Shown piece after piece: positions 18,635 through 28,041 of a DNA stretch of 64,000 bases. The notes beneath the pieces were generated by a model. It was not told where the DNA came from and did not search any database. It saw only the letters and a list, made by a program, of their open reading frames with translations. The DNA comes from Candidatus Latescibacterota bacterium (lineage in GTDB: Bacteria; Latescibacterota; UBA2968; UBA8231): NCBI GenBank assembly GCA_965217585.1, contig OZ244561.1, positions 2,848,001-2,912,000 on the forward strand, in the 5' to 3' direction. How positions within the stretch are numbered: position 1 is the stretch's first letter; every line of letters begins with the position of its first letter. Made by a program: the position numbers and the translations under genes.

Positions 18635-20968
18635 ATGCTGGGTAATTACCTGACGACGGCGCTGCGGCTTCTGTGGCGGGAGCGCGGCTATGCGGCGATC
18701 AACATTTTCGGTCTGGCGGTCGGCTTTTGCCTATGCTTGCTGGTCGTCCAACTCGCCGCCTATCAGCTTTCTGTTGGCGACTTTCACGAGAAAAAAGACC
18801 GGGTATTCCGCGTGTTGGTATCAGACACGCAGAATACCGAGTACACGGCGGGGGTACGAATACCACTGGGGCCAACCCTCAAGGAGCAATTGCCCGAAGT
18901 CGAGGAGGCGGTCCGCTTTAGCCCGGGTTGGCCGGTTCTGCTTCGGGTCGGAGACGAGGACGGAAGATATGAAAAGGTTAGTGAGGCGGAAGCCGGCGTT
19001 TTCGACATGTTTAGCTTGCCGCTCCTACGCGGCGACCCGAAGACGGCCTTGGCGCGCCCTTACACCATGGTGCTGACCGAGCCGTTGGCCCGTCGACTCT
19101 TCGGCGAGAGCGATCCCATCGGACAGGTCGTCCACGTCGAGAAGCTCGATTACGAGGTTACCGGCATCGTCGGCCAGTTGCCCGCCAACTCGCTGCTCCA
19201 GTTCTCGGCGCTGCGTTCGCTTTCCACCGCCACAAACCCAATGTTGGCGTCTGGTTGGAACGCTTCAGGCTTCAGGACCTTCGTGCAGCTAACGCCCGGT
19301 GCCGACGCGGCTGCGGTAGCCGCGCGCATTTCCGGCATCGTCAAGGAGGTTAGGGGGTTGCCCGAAGCGCCCGGTTCCTACGCGCTACAGCCGCTGAAAT
19401 CGATCTACTTCGACACCGAAGTGCCCAACAGCGTCGGCCCAAAAGGCAATCCCGTGTACCTCGCTGTGTGCGCCATTTTAGCGGTGGTGATCCTGACAAT
19501 CGCCGGGGTCAACTATGTGAACTTGGCGACGGCACGGGCCGGGCGACGGATTCGCGAAATCGGCGTGCGCAAGGCCCTCGGTGCTCATCGCGGCCAGCTC
19601 ATGCGCCAACTTTTGAGCGAGTCACTACTGTTGAGTACTGCGGCGACGGTGCTAGGCGTTGCCATGGCAGAGGTTATGGTTCTGCTCCTACCTGCGATGG
19701 TGGGATTCGATTTTGAATGGTCATCCCTGCGCTGGACGATCTCGACCTACGCTGGGGCTGCGGTGCTGGCGATAGGGGTCGGACTGGCTGCGGGCGCGTA
19801 CCCGGCTTGGGTCGTGGCGCGTTTTCAGCCGACGGCTGCCGTGCGCGGGGGCCGCGTGGGCGGTGTACTCCTGCGTCGGGGTTTGGTGGTGACGCAGTTC
19901 ACGGCCACTACGGCGTTGCTGACGATGACACTGCTGATGTGGCACCAACTCGATTACATCCAAGACCTTCTCCGCGAAGACTCCATCTTGGGGTCGAAGC
20001 CGGAACAGGTTGTCGTCGTCGAGAACCGCGGTCTGACCATGGATCAGGCTCGAGCCTTCAAGACGGAGTTGCTTCAGGACAGTCGCATCGCCGCAGTGAG
20101 TCTCTCTACGACAGTACGTGGTCAGGGTTTCGGAATGACTTCGAGAGGGGAAGATCAAATAGAGATAAATGTGTATCAAGCAGATAGCGACTTCGTCGAA
20201 ATCATGGGCTTGCGCATGGCCCAAGGACGCGCCCTGACCGACGAACCGGCCGACGCCCGAGCGGTCGTCATCAACGAGACCGCCGCGAGGATAATGGAAT
20301 GGGCGGAGCCGCTGGGCGAGACGATCGCCGTCCAAGGAGGAAAGCGCGTCGTCGGCGTGATTGAGGACTTCCACTTCCACGGCCCGCGCCATGAGATAGA
20401 GCCACTGATTATAGAACAGGTCGCTGGATGGGCGGGCGTCATTCTCGTGCGAGTGCGCCCCGGCCATCTCGACGCAGCCCTCAAAGTGATCGACGACAAG
20501 TGGGCCGCGGTCGCGCCCTACCGCCCCATTCAGCGCAATTCCCTCGAAGAGGTCACCACCAAACTCTACTCCGAGGACCTGATGGTGGGCCGTGCACTCA
20601 CTCTCTTTCTCTTCTTAGCCATCGCCGTCGCCTCGGTAGGACTCTTCGGCATGGCCGCACACGCCGCCCATGAGCGCACCAAGGAGATCGGCATCCGCAA
20701 GGTGTTCGGTGCTTCTCCCGGCGGTCTCACCGCTATGCTGATGCGGGACTTCGCCAAACCCGTTTCCATTGCCTTCCTGCTCAGCGTGCCGATCGCCTAT
20801 GGGCTGGCCACCCACTGGCTACAGGAGTTTGTCTATCGCGTGGAAATCGGCGCGGGCCTGTTCTTGGTGTCGGGCGCTCTGTCCTTCGTCATCGCCGGGC
20901 TGACGGTGGGGCACCAAGCGATGCGAGCGGCCCTGACCAATCCGATAGAAACGCTGCGCACTGAGTAG
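18635..20968 (+). CDS. ABC permease P7 (subfamily A)
   Basis: 777 aa, same framework as P2. Confidence 0.95.
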   Translation: MLGNYLTTALRLLWRERGYAAINIFGLAVGFCLCLLVVQLAAYQLSVGDFHEKKDRVFRVLVSDTQNTEYTAGVRIPLGPTLKEQLPEVEEAVRFSPGWPVLLRVGDEDGRYEKVSEAEAGVFDMFSLPLLRGDPKTALARPYTMVLTEPLARRLFGESDPIGQVVHVEKLDYEVTGIVGQLPANSLLQFSALRSLSTATNPMLASGWNASGFRTFVQLTPGADAAAVAARISGIVKEVRGLPEAPGSYALQPLKSIYFDTEVPNSVGPKGNPVYLAVCAILAVVILTIAGVNYVNLATARAGRRIREIGVRKALGAHRGQLMRQLLSESLLLSTAATVLGVAMAEVMVLLLPAMVGFDFEWSSLRWTISTYAGAAVLAIGVGLAAGAYPAWVVARFQPTAAVRGGRVGGVLLRRGLVVTQFTATTALLTMTLLMWHQLDYIQDLLREDSILGSKPEQVVVVENRGLTMDQARAFKTELLQDSRIAAVSLSTTVRGQGFGMTSRGEDQIEINVYQADSDFVEIMGLRMAQGRALTDEPADARAVVINETAARIMEWAEPLGETIAVQGGKRVVGVIEDFHFHGPRHEIEPLIIEQVAGWAGVILVRVRPGHLDAALKVIDDKWAAVAPYRPIQRNSLEEVTTKLYSEDLMVGRALTLFLFLAIAVASVGLFGMAAHAAHERTKEIGIRKVFGASPGGLTAMLMRDFAKPVSIAFLLSVPIAYGLATHWLQEFVYRVEIGAGLFLVSGALSFVIAGLTVGHQAMRAALTNPIETLRTE

Positions 20969-21035
20969 CAACACCGGCTTCGTCGGGAGACTTCCAATGC
21001 CGCCCGCCGTGGGCGTTTGCTGAAAGGAAATACCA

Positions 21036-22289
21036 ATGAATAGATCATTCGCAGTAGCGGCCGTGTTCTTGCTGGCGTCGCATCCATTATGGGCCGAGGA
21101 GAAGCGGGGCCTTTGGGACAGCAAGAGATATTCGGGATGGGAGCAAAAGTGGGGTGTGGGCGATTCGCATTTATACCAATACCAAGACGACGTAAATCCC
21201 TTGGTGCGGTACAACCGGGTGGAGGGTTTGCTGGTGGGTGCTCGGGTGCCGCGCTCCTACCGCGACTGCGAGGGCATGGCCCCCTATGGGGAATTGGCCT
21301 ATAGCTTTGGCAACCGCGCATGGCACTACCAAGCCGGCACCCAAGTATTCACGTTCCAAGCCTGCCACCGCGATAACCCTCACTTCGCCAGCTTGGGGGC
21401 CGAGTTGCACGATCTGACCGCCACGCAGGACAACTATCTAGTGCCCGAGGAGGTGAACTCGGTGTATGCGGCGCTGTTCCGGCGCGACCTGCGCGATTAC
21501 TACCGCCGTGTCGGCTGGAGCGTCTATGCGGGGCAGAACTTAGCCGGCGTAGTGCAGCTTACCGGGCGCTTGGCTCACGACGAATTCTTCAACTTGGAGA
21601 ACGCAGTCCATTGGATCTTGCTGGGCAACCGCTTGGCCCGCGATCAGTTCCGCGCCAATCCGGCGATAGACGAGGGCACGGCGGTCCGGTTGCAAGCCGA
21701 GGTACAGCTCGACACCCGGTCCAACGGAGACCAGCGGCAGGGGTGGCTGGTCAATGCCTTGGCCGAACGCGCCGGCGACTTGGGCGGCGAATTCGCCTTC
21801 CGGCGCTATCTAATAGATCTCCGCCGCTACCAGCTCATCGCCCGTGGCACCCAGATAGACTTGCGGCTCCGTCTTGGACGGGGAGATGGGGGTGTGGGGC
21901 GGTGTATAGGAGACGGCGATACATGCCCGTCTCAAGGGGGTTTGCCGCGGCAGTACTTGTTCGATCTGGGGGGCTATTCGACGCTGCGGGGGTATTCGTA
22001 CAAGGCATTTACCGGAGACCGGATGATTCTCCTCAATGCCGAATACTGGATTGCCCCGGACCACTCCGACGGATGGCGCGCTGGCGTCCTCTTTGATGTG
22101 GGTTCCGCTTGGTTTGCCCGGCCAGAGGACGCCGCAAAGATCGCGGACGGGGAATCGCTCGACACTGACTTAAAGGCCAGCCTCGGTTTTGGGATAGGCG
22201 ACGACGAGTGCCAATTCGAGTTGGCCAAGCCCTTTGGGCAACGCGACGCCGATTGGCACTATGCGATCCGGTTCAGCGAGACGTTCTAG
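21036..22289 (+). CDS. Omp85/BamA-TamA-like outer-membrane beta-barrel without obvious POTRA domains
   Basis: Signal peptide (MNRSFAVAAVFLLASHPLWA), amphipathic strands, LGGYSTLRGY (VRGF/Y-like loop 6 motif), FDVG, terminal Phe. Confidence 0.75.
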   Translation: MNRSFAVAAVFLLASHPLWAEEKRGLWDSKRYSGWEQKWGVGDSHLYQYQDDVNPLVRYNRVEGLLVGARVPRSYRDCEGMAPYGELAYSFGNRAWHYQAGTQVFTFQACHRDNPHFASLGAELHDLTATQDNYLVPEEVNSVYAALFRRDLRDYYRRVGWSVYAGQNLAGVVQLTGRLAHDEFFNLENAVHWILLGNRLARDQFRANPAIDEGTAVRLQAEVQLDTRSNGDQRQGWLVNALAERAGDLGGEFAFRRYLIDLRRYQLIARGTQIDLRLRLGRGDGGVGRCIGDGDTCPSQGGLPRQYLFDLGGYSTLRGYSYKAFTGDRMILLNAEYWIAPDHSDGWRAGVLFDVGSAWFARPEDAAKIADGESLDTDLKASLGFGIGDDECQFELAKPFGQRDADWHYAIRFSETF

Positions 22290-22321
22290 GGACCCTCACT
22301 ACGAGACGAGAGGAATTATCC

Positions 22322-24691
22322 ATGCTGAGCAATTACCTGACGACGGCGCTGCGGCTTTTGTGGCGAGAGCGTGGCTACGCGGCGATCAACATCTTCGGTT
22401 TGGCCGTCGGCTTTTGCCTGTGCCTGTTGATCGTCCAATTCGCCGCCTATCAGCTCTCGGTTGGCGACTTTCACGAGAAAAAGGACCGGGTTTACCGCGT
22501 GCTCGAGAAAGAAGATCGGATCGATCACCTGCTAGCCAGTTGGGAATGGTCCGAGTACTCGGCAAGTATGCCGATACCGCTGGGGCCGACCCTTGAGGAG
22601 CAATTGCCCGAAGTCGAGGAAGCGGTCCGCTTCAGACCGGGGGGGGAGCCGAGGCTGCTTCGGGTCGGGGACAAGGACGGAGTATCTGAAAAGGTTATTT
22701 GGACGGAAGCCAGCGTTTTCGACGTGTTTAGCTTCCAGCTTCTACGCGGCGACCCCAAGACGGCTCTAACGCGCCCCTACACCATGGTGCTGACCGAGCC
22801 GTTGGCCCGTCGGCTCTTTGGCGAGAGCGATCCCATCGGACAGGTCGTTCGGGTCAATGAGGAGTTCGATTGCGAGGTTACCGGCATCGTCGGCCAGCCG
22901 CCCTCCAGTTCATTGATTCAGTTCTCGGCGCTGCTCTCCTTTGCCACAGAGTACACGGTGAATCGGACAAAGGTGTCGTCTAGCTGGATCTTCGTGCAAC
23001 TAACGCCCGGTGCCGACCCTGCTGCGGTAGCTGCACGCATCCCTAGCATCTTCGAGGAGGCTTGGTTGTCCGGTTCCTACGCGCTGCAACCCCTGAAATC
23101 GATCTACTTCGACACGGAGTTGGGCAACTTCCTTGGCCCAAGGGGCAACCCCCTCTATTTGACGCTAGGCACCATTTTAGCGGCAGTGGTCTTGATGATC
23201 GCCGGCGTCAACTACGTGAACTTGGCGACGGCACGGGCGGGGCGACGGATTCACGAGATCGGCGTGCGCAAGGCCCTCGGCGCTCATCGCGGCCAGCTCA
23301 TGCGCCAATTTCTGAGCGAGTCGGTGCTGTTGAGCGCTGCGGCGACCGTGCTGGGCGCGGTCTTAACAGAGGTCTTGAGTCTGCTCCTGCCCGTCATTGC
23401 GGGATCCGGTTTCGAGTTGCCTCAGTTGCGCTGGACGAGTTCGACCTACGCCGGGGCGGCGGCGCTGGCGGTAGGGGTTGGACTGGTCGCGGGTGCCTAT
23501 CCGGCTTGGGTCGTGGCGCGCTTTCAGCCGACGGTCGCGGTGCGCGGAGGGCGCGTAGGCGGTGGGCGCTTGCGTCAGGGTTTGGTAGTGGCGCAGTTCA
23601 CGGTTACGGCGGCGCTGCTGACGGTGACGCTGCTGATGTGGCACCAAGTTGATTACATCCAAAATCTCCTCCGCAAGGACTCTGTCTTGGGGTTGGAGTC
23701 GGAACAGGTTGTCGTCGTCCATAATAACAACAGCGTCCTGACCGTAGATCAGGCTCGAGCCTTCAAGACAGAACTTCTTCAGGACAGCCGCATCGCCGCG
23801 GTAAGCCTTTCTACGTCAGTACCTGGTGAGGATTCGAGATTAGGGAATTCGTTCGAGGGAGAGGGAGTGGAAGGGGAAACAGAGATGAACGTGTTTGAAG
23901 CGGATGGCGACTTCGTCGAAATCCTAGGATTGCGCATGGTCCAAGGACGCGCCCTGACCGACGAACCGGCCGACGACCGAGCGGTTGTCATCAACGAGAC
24001 CACCGCGAAGCAGATGGGATGGGCGGAGCCGCTGGGCAAGACGCTCTCCAACTACTGGGGAGACTTGCGCGTCGTGGGCGTGGTTGAAGACTTCCACTTC
24101 GACGGTCCGCGCTATGAGGTAGAGCCACTGGTCATAGCACAGGTCGATGACTGGGTGGAAGTCATTCTCGTGCAGGTGCAACCCGGCCATCTCGACGCAG
24201 CCCTCAAAGTGATTGACGACAAGTGGGCTGCCGTCTCGCCCCATCACCCCATCCAGCGCAACTCCCTCCAAGAGGTCGTCGCCCATCTCTATTCCGAGGA
24301 TCTGCTGATGGGCCGTGCACTCACGCTCTTTCTCTTTTTAGCCATCGCCGTCGCCTCGGTGGGACTCTTCGGCATGGCGGCGTACGCCGCCAATGAGCGC
24401 ACGAAAGAGATCGGCATCCGCAAGGTGTTCGGCGCTTCTCCCGGCGGCCTCACCGCCATGCTGCTACGCGACTTCGCCAAGCCCGTTGCCATCGCCTTCC
24501 TCCTCAGCGTGCCCATCGCCTACGGCTTGGCCACCCACTGGCTACAGGAGTTTGTCTATCGCGTGGAAATCGGCGTGGGCCTGTTCCTGCTGTCGGGAGC
24601 CTTGTCCTTCGCCATTGCCGGGTTGACGGTGGGCCACCAAGCGATGCGAGCGGCCCTGACCAATCCAATAGAAACGCTGCGCACTGAATAA
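22322..24691 (+). CDS. ABC permease P8 (subfamily A)
   Basis: Start reassigned to ATG 22322 (MLSNYLTTALRLL) after GAGGAA; same framework as P2. Confidence 0.95.
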   Translation: MLSNYLTTALRLLWRERGYAAINIFGLAVGFCLCLLIVQFAAYQLSVGDFHEKKDRVYRVLEKEDRIDHLLASWEWSEYSASMPIPLGPTLEEQLPEVEEAVRFRPGGEPRLLRVGDKDGVSEKVIWTEASVFDVFSFQLLRGDPKTALTRPYTMVLTEPLARRLFGESDPIGQVVRVNEEFDCEVTGIVGQPPSSSLIQFSALLSFATEYTVNRTKVSSSWIFVQLTPGADPAAVAARIPSIFEEAWLSGSYALQPLKSIYFDTELGNFLGPRGNPLYLTLGTILAAVVLMIAGVNYVNLATARAGRRIHEIGVRKALGAHRGQLMRQFLSESVLLSAAATVLGAVLTEVLSLLLPVIAGSGFELPQLRWTSSTYAGAAALAVGVGLVAGAYPAWVVARFQPTVAVRGGRVGGGRLRQGLVVAQFTVTAALLTVTLLMWHQVDYIQNLLRKDSVLGLESEQVVVVHNNNSVLTVDQARAFKTELLQDSRIAAVSLSTSVPGEDSRLGNSFEGEGVEGETEMNVFEADGDFVEILGLRMVQGRALTDEPADDRAVVINETTAKQMGWAEPLGKTLSNYWGDLRVVGVVEDFHFDGPRYEVEPLVIAQVDDWVEVILVQVQPGHLDAALKVIDDKWAAVSPHHPIQRNSLQEVVAHLYSEDLLMGRALTLFLFLAIAVASVGLFGMAAYAANERTKEIGIRKVFGASPGGLTAMLLRDFAKPVAIAFLLSVPIAYGLATHWLQEFVYRVEIGVGLFLLSGALSFAIAGLTVGHQAMRAALTNPIETLRTE

Positions 24692-24711
24692 CCAAGACGT
24701 GGAGACACATC

Positions 24712-25386
24712 ATGATCGAAATGCATGACATCGAAAAGTACCACCAATCCGGTCCTCGCAAGACCTACGTGCTGCGCTACGTACACCTGAACGTCGCCGA
24801 GGGCGAGTTCGTGTCGATTATGGGGCCGAGCGGCGCGGGCAAATCGACGCTTTTGCACATCATGGGGATGCTCGATGAGCCGACGGCTGGGTCGTATCAC
24901 TTTCTCGGCGAAGAGGTGGGCGGAATGGGGGAGAAGGAACGCACCGAGATCCATCGGGGGCACATTGGTTTTGTCTTTCAAGCCTATCACCTGATTGACG
25001 AGCAGACGGTGTACGAAAACTTGGAGATGCCGCTGCTCTACCAAAAGGTGAAGGGTTCCGAGCGCAAGGCGCGGGTGAGCGAGTTGCTCGACCGCTTCCA
25101 GATGGTGGCCAAAAAGGACCTGTTCCCGCACCAGCTTTCCGGCGGCGAGCAACAGCGCGTCGGCGTGGCGCGCGCTTTGATCGGCCAGCCGACGCTGATT
25201 CTCGCCGACGAGCCTACGGGCAACCTCAACTCCAAGCAGGGAGAAGAGGTGATGGACATGCTGCGGGAGTTGAACGGCGAGGGCACGACGATTGTGCAGG
25301 TGACGCACTCGGAGAAGAACGCTGGTTACGGTAGCCGGGTGGTGCATCTGTTGGACGGCAAGATAGAGCAAGAGGGAAGGTACTAA
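24712..25386 (+). CDS. LolD/MacB-type ABC ATPase 2
   Basis: Walker [36 protein letters not shown]. Confidence 0.96.
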   Translation: MIEMHDIEKYHQSGPRKTYVLRYVHLNVAEGEFVSIMGPSGAGKSTLLHIMGMLDEPTAGSYHFLGEEVGGMGEKERTEIHRGHIGFVFQAYHLIDEQTVYENLEMPLLYQKVKGSERKARVSELLDRFQMVAKKDLFPHQLSGGEQQRVGVARALIGQPTLILADEPTGNLNSKQGEEVMDMLRELNGEGTTIVQVTHSEKNAGYGSRVVHLLDGKIEQEGRY

Positions 25387-25591
25387 CTGATGTTACGCAG
25401 CCCCTGCCTTCTCAGGGCAGGCTCTTATGCCACGTCTGCCGCTTGCGGCCTGTGGCCCCGTCGCCCGCCGTCATTCCCGCGCACGCGGGAATCCAGCCTA
25501 ACGCACTAGCCTCAAAAGGGCATCTCTGGATGCCTGCTTTCGCAGGCATGACACTGGGGCCGCGGCGGCTTTACACAGTGCCTAACATCAG
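25387..25591. mobile_element. MITE-like element (205 bp) carrying an inverted REP pair
   Basis: TIRs CTGATGTTACGCA / TGCCTAACATCAG (12/13 complementary); flanking direct repeat GTACTAA at 25380-25386 and 25592-25598; internal CGTCATTCCCGCGCACGCGGGAATCCAG (25469-25496) and CTGGATGCCTGCTTTCGCAGGCATGAC (25526-25552). Confidence 0.75.
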
Positions 25592-25619
25592 GTACTAACC
25601 AGGAAGGAAGGTACTAACC

Positions 25620-27977
25620 ATGCTACTCAATAACCTGATCGTTGCTTGGCGCAATCTGCGCCGCTATCGGATGTACACCGCGATCAACATGGGTGGGCTG
25701 GCCACGGCCTTTGCGGTGGCCATCTTCGTCGGCCTGTACGTGCATAGTGCGCTGACGTGGGACCGCTTCCACGCCAAAGGTGAGCAGATCTACCAGGTCT
25801 GCATGATATGGTCGGCCGCATCATCGGAAAGGGCCCATACGTCGGTGCCGGGAGGCCTCGGTCCGGAGATGGTAGCCACACTCCCCTCTGTGCTGCGCTC
25901 GGTGCGTACGGAAGATGAGTCCGGACTGCTGAGCTACGGGGGGCAAGAGACCAAGGCGACGGGACGGTTCGCCGACCCCGGATTCTTCGAGTTGTTCAGC
26001 TTCCCGCTGATCGCGGGCGATCCGGGCACGACCCTCGACGAGCCGAACTCGATTGTGCTATCGAGGCGGCTGGCGCAGCGGCTGTTCGGCGACGCCGACC
26101 CCATGGGCCAGACCCTGCTGCTGGGGGGCCGTGGTATCAGCGGATACTTCGTCGTCACCGGGGTCGCCGCCGACGTGCCGTACGAGTCCAGCCTGAAGTT
26201 CGACTGGGTGATCCCCTTCGCCCACCGGGAAGCCCAGACTGCGTGGGCCGGCGATTTCAAGGCTGGCCCAGGCGAGACCTACCTACAGATCGCCGATGCC
26301 GCGGGCGTGGAGTCGGCCTTGGCCTTTGATCTGGAACGGTACATGGAGGTGGAGGAGGGTGCTAGGCTCGTTATCGTGCCGCTGTTCGACAAGCGGCTGC
26401 ACCCCCAACTCAGCGGAGGGAGGGGGATGATGGCGGCACTCTACACCTTCGGATTCGTCGCCGGCCTCGTGCTGCTGCTGGCGTGTATCAACTACGCCAA
26501 TCTGGCCGCGGGCATGTCGCTAACGAGGGCGCACGAAGTGGGTGTGCGCAAGGTGGTTGGTGCTGGACGGGGACAGCTAATGCGCCAGTACTTTGCCGAG
26601 TCTCTGCTACTCAGCTTCGCCGCCCTAGCGCTCGCCGTGCTGCTGACGGAGGTCTTGCTACCGGGCCTGAATCGTCTGATGACGTTGCCCGGAGAGTTCG
26701 AACTGCGCCTCGACCTACAGTACACGCCGTGGACGGTGGTGGCCCTAGCTGGGTTCGGCGTGGTCATGGGGCTGGTGGCGGGCGCGTACCCGGCGCTGGT
26801 GCAGTCGCGGATGCAGCCGGTCGAGATTATGCAGGACAGGCTCCAGGTGCGAGGCCGCGCCGGCCGCATCCTAGTAGTCGTGCAGTTTGTGGCCTCCACG
26901 GTGTTCCTGACCACGGCCCTCGTTGTGGACCGGCAGGTCGATCATTGGGAGTCCCTAGAGCAGGGCTACGACTCGCGGCTCGTGGTCTGCATCCCGACGT
27001 TTGCGGGCTCCTCGAAAGGGGAAGGCGTGGACAAGTCGCAGCGCTTCCTCGAGATCTTCCGCCGGGAGGTCCTCCCACTTTCAGGCGTGCTCGCCGTGTC
27101 CGGCTCCAGCGAATTCCCCGACAGAGTCAGTGACTTTCGCTTCGACGACCATGAACGGCCGGAGGTCTCGCTGATTGAGGTTGATCCATACTTCCTGCGT
27201 ACCCTCGGCTTGGAACTGGTCGAGGGTGAGGACTTTCCCCCGGACCTGCTGGCCAGTGGTCGCGTAGCACTCGTCAACCAGCAGCTAGCGGCCACGCTGG
27301 AGGGACCGGTCGTCGGCTCCTACCTCGAAGGCGGGTACCGGCCGCGGATTATTGGCGTGGTCTCCGACTTCCAGCACGATGATCCCAGTTCCAGAGGCTT
27401 CGTGCCGGAACTCGTGCTCAGCGTCCTACCGGATCGTCCCATTGAGACGGTGCTGGTGCGGGTGCGACCCGAAGGGGTGCCCGAGACCCTCGCTGAGCTA
27501 CGCGAGGCTTGGGACCGGCTGTCGCCTAGGGTGCCCTTTAGTTATCGCTTCCTCGACGACCATATCGCCGAGCGCTTCTTTATCCGCGCCATCACCATTA
27601 GCCTGCTGCGCTGGGTGACCGGGTTTCTTGTGCTAATCGCCTGTCTCGGCGTCTTCGGCATGGCCTCCCTCGCCGTCAGCCGACGCACCAAGGAGGTGGC
27701 CGTGCGCAAGGTTCTCGGTGCCTCGACAGCGAGCGTGGCCGTGCTGCTGTCGTCGCAGTCCACGCGGCTCGTGCTGATCGCCGTGGTCATCGCCATGCCC
27801 CTGACCTACCGGCTCTCGGAGATGTTACTCCGCAGTGAGGTGGACCGCATTGAGCTCGACCTGCTCAGCTACTCGGCTGGCGGCCTGATCGCCCTGGGAC
27901 TGACTTGGCTGGTGTCGGGTTATCACGCGATTCGAGCGGCGACGGCGAATCCGGTGGACTCGCTGCGCAGCGAGTAG
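25620..27977 (+). CDS. ABC permease P9 (subfamily B)
   Basis: 785 aa; NYANL...HEVGVRKVVGA and KEVAVRKVLGA motifs, C-terminal NPVDSLRSE. Confidence 0.95.
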   Translation: MLLNNLIVAWRNLRRYRMYTAINMGGLATAFAVAIFVGLYVHSALTWDRFHAKGEQIYQVCMIWSAASSERAHTSVPGGLGPEMVATLPSVLRSVRTEDESGLLSYGGQETKATGRFADPGFFELFSFPLIAGDPGTTLDEPNSIVLSRRLAQRLFGDADPMGQTLLLGGRGISGYFVVTGVAADVPYESSLKFDWVIPFAHREAQTAWAGDFKAGPGETYLQIADAAGVESALAFDLERYMEVEEGARLVIVPLFDKRLHPQLSGGRGMMAALYTFGFVAGLVLLLACINYANLAAGMSLTRAHEVGVRKVVGAGRGQLMRQYFAESLLLSFAALALAVLLTEVLLPGLNRLMTLPGEFELRLDLQYTPWTVVALAGFGVVMGLVAGAYPALVQSRMQPVEIMQDRLQVRGRAGRILVVVQFVASTVFLTTALVVDRQVDHWESLEQGYDSRLVVCIPTFAGSSKGEGVDKSQRFLEIFRREVLPLSGVLAVSGSSEFPDRVSDFRFDDHERPEVSLIEVDPYFLRTLGLELVEGEDFPPDLLASGRVALVNQQLAATLEGPVVGSYLEGGYRPRIIGVVSDFQHDDPSSRGFVPELVLSVLPDRPIETVLVRVRPEGVPETLAELREAWDRLSPRVPFSYRFLDDHIAERFFIRAITISLLRWVTGFLVLIACLGVFGMASLAVSRRTKEVAVRKVLGASTASVAVLLSSQSTRLVLIAVVIAMPLTYRLSEMLLRSEVDRIELDLLSYSAGGLIALGLTWLVSGYHAIRAATANPVDSLRSE

Positions 27978-28041
27978 AGACTAATGATCGTTATTGCCCT
28001 ACAAATCGCATCGATTTAACGCGAGAAGGAAGGTACTAGCC

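Noticed and set aside
5169-24286. Recurrent long antisense and alternative-frame ORFs over the permeases (e.g. 11199-12116, 13050-13967, 17320-18057)
   Set aside because: Shadows of GC-rich coding sequence that recur only because the genes are paralogous; no recognisable motifs.
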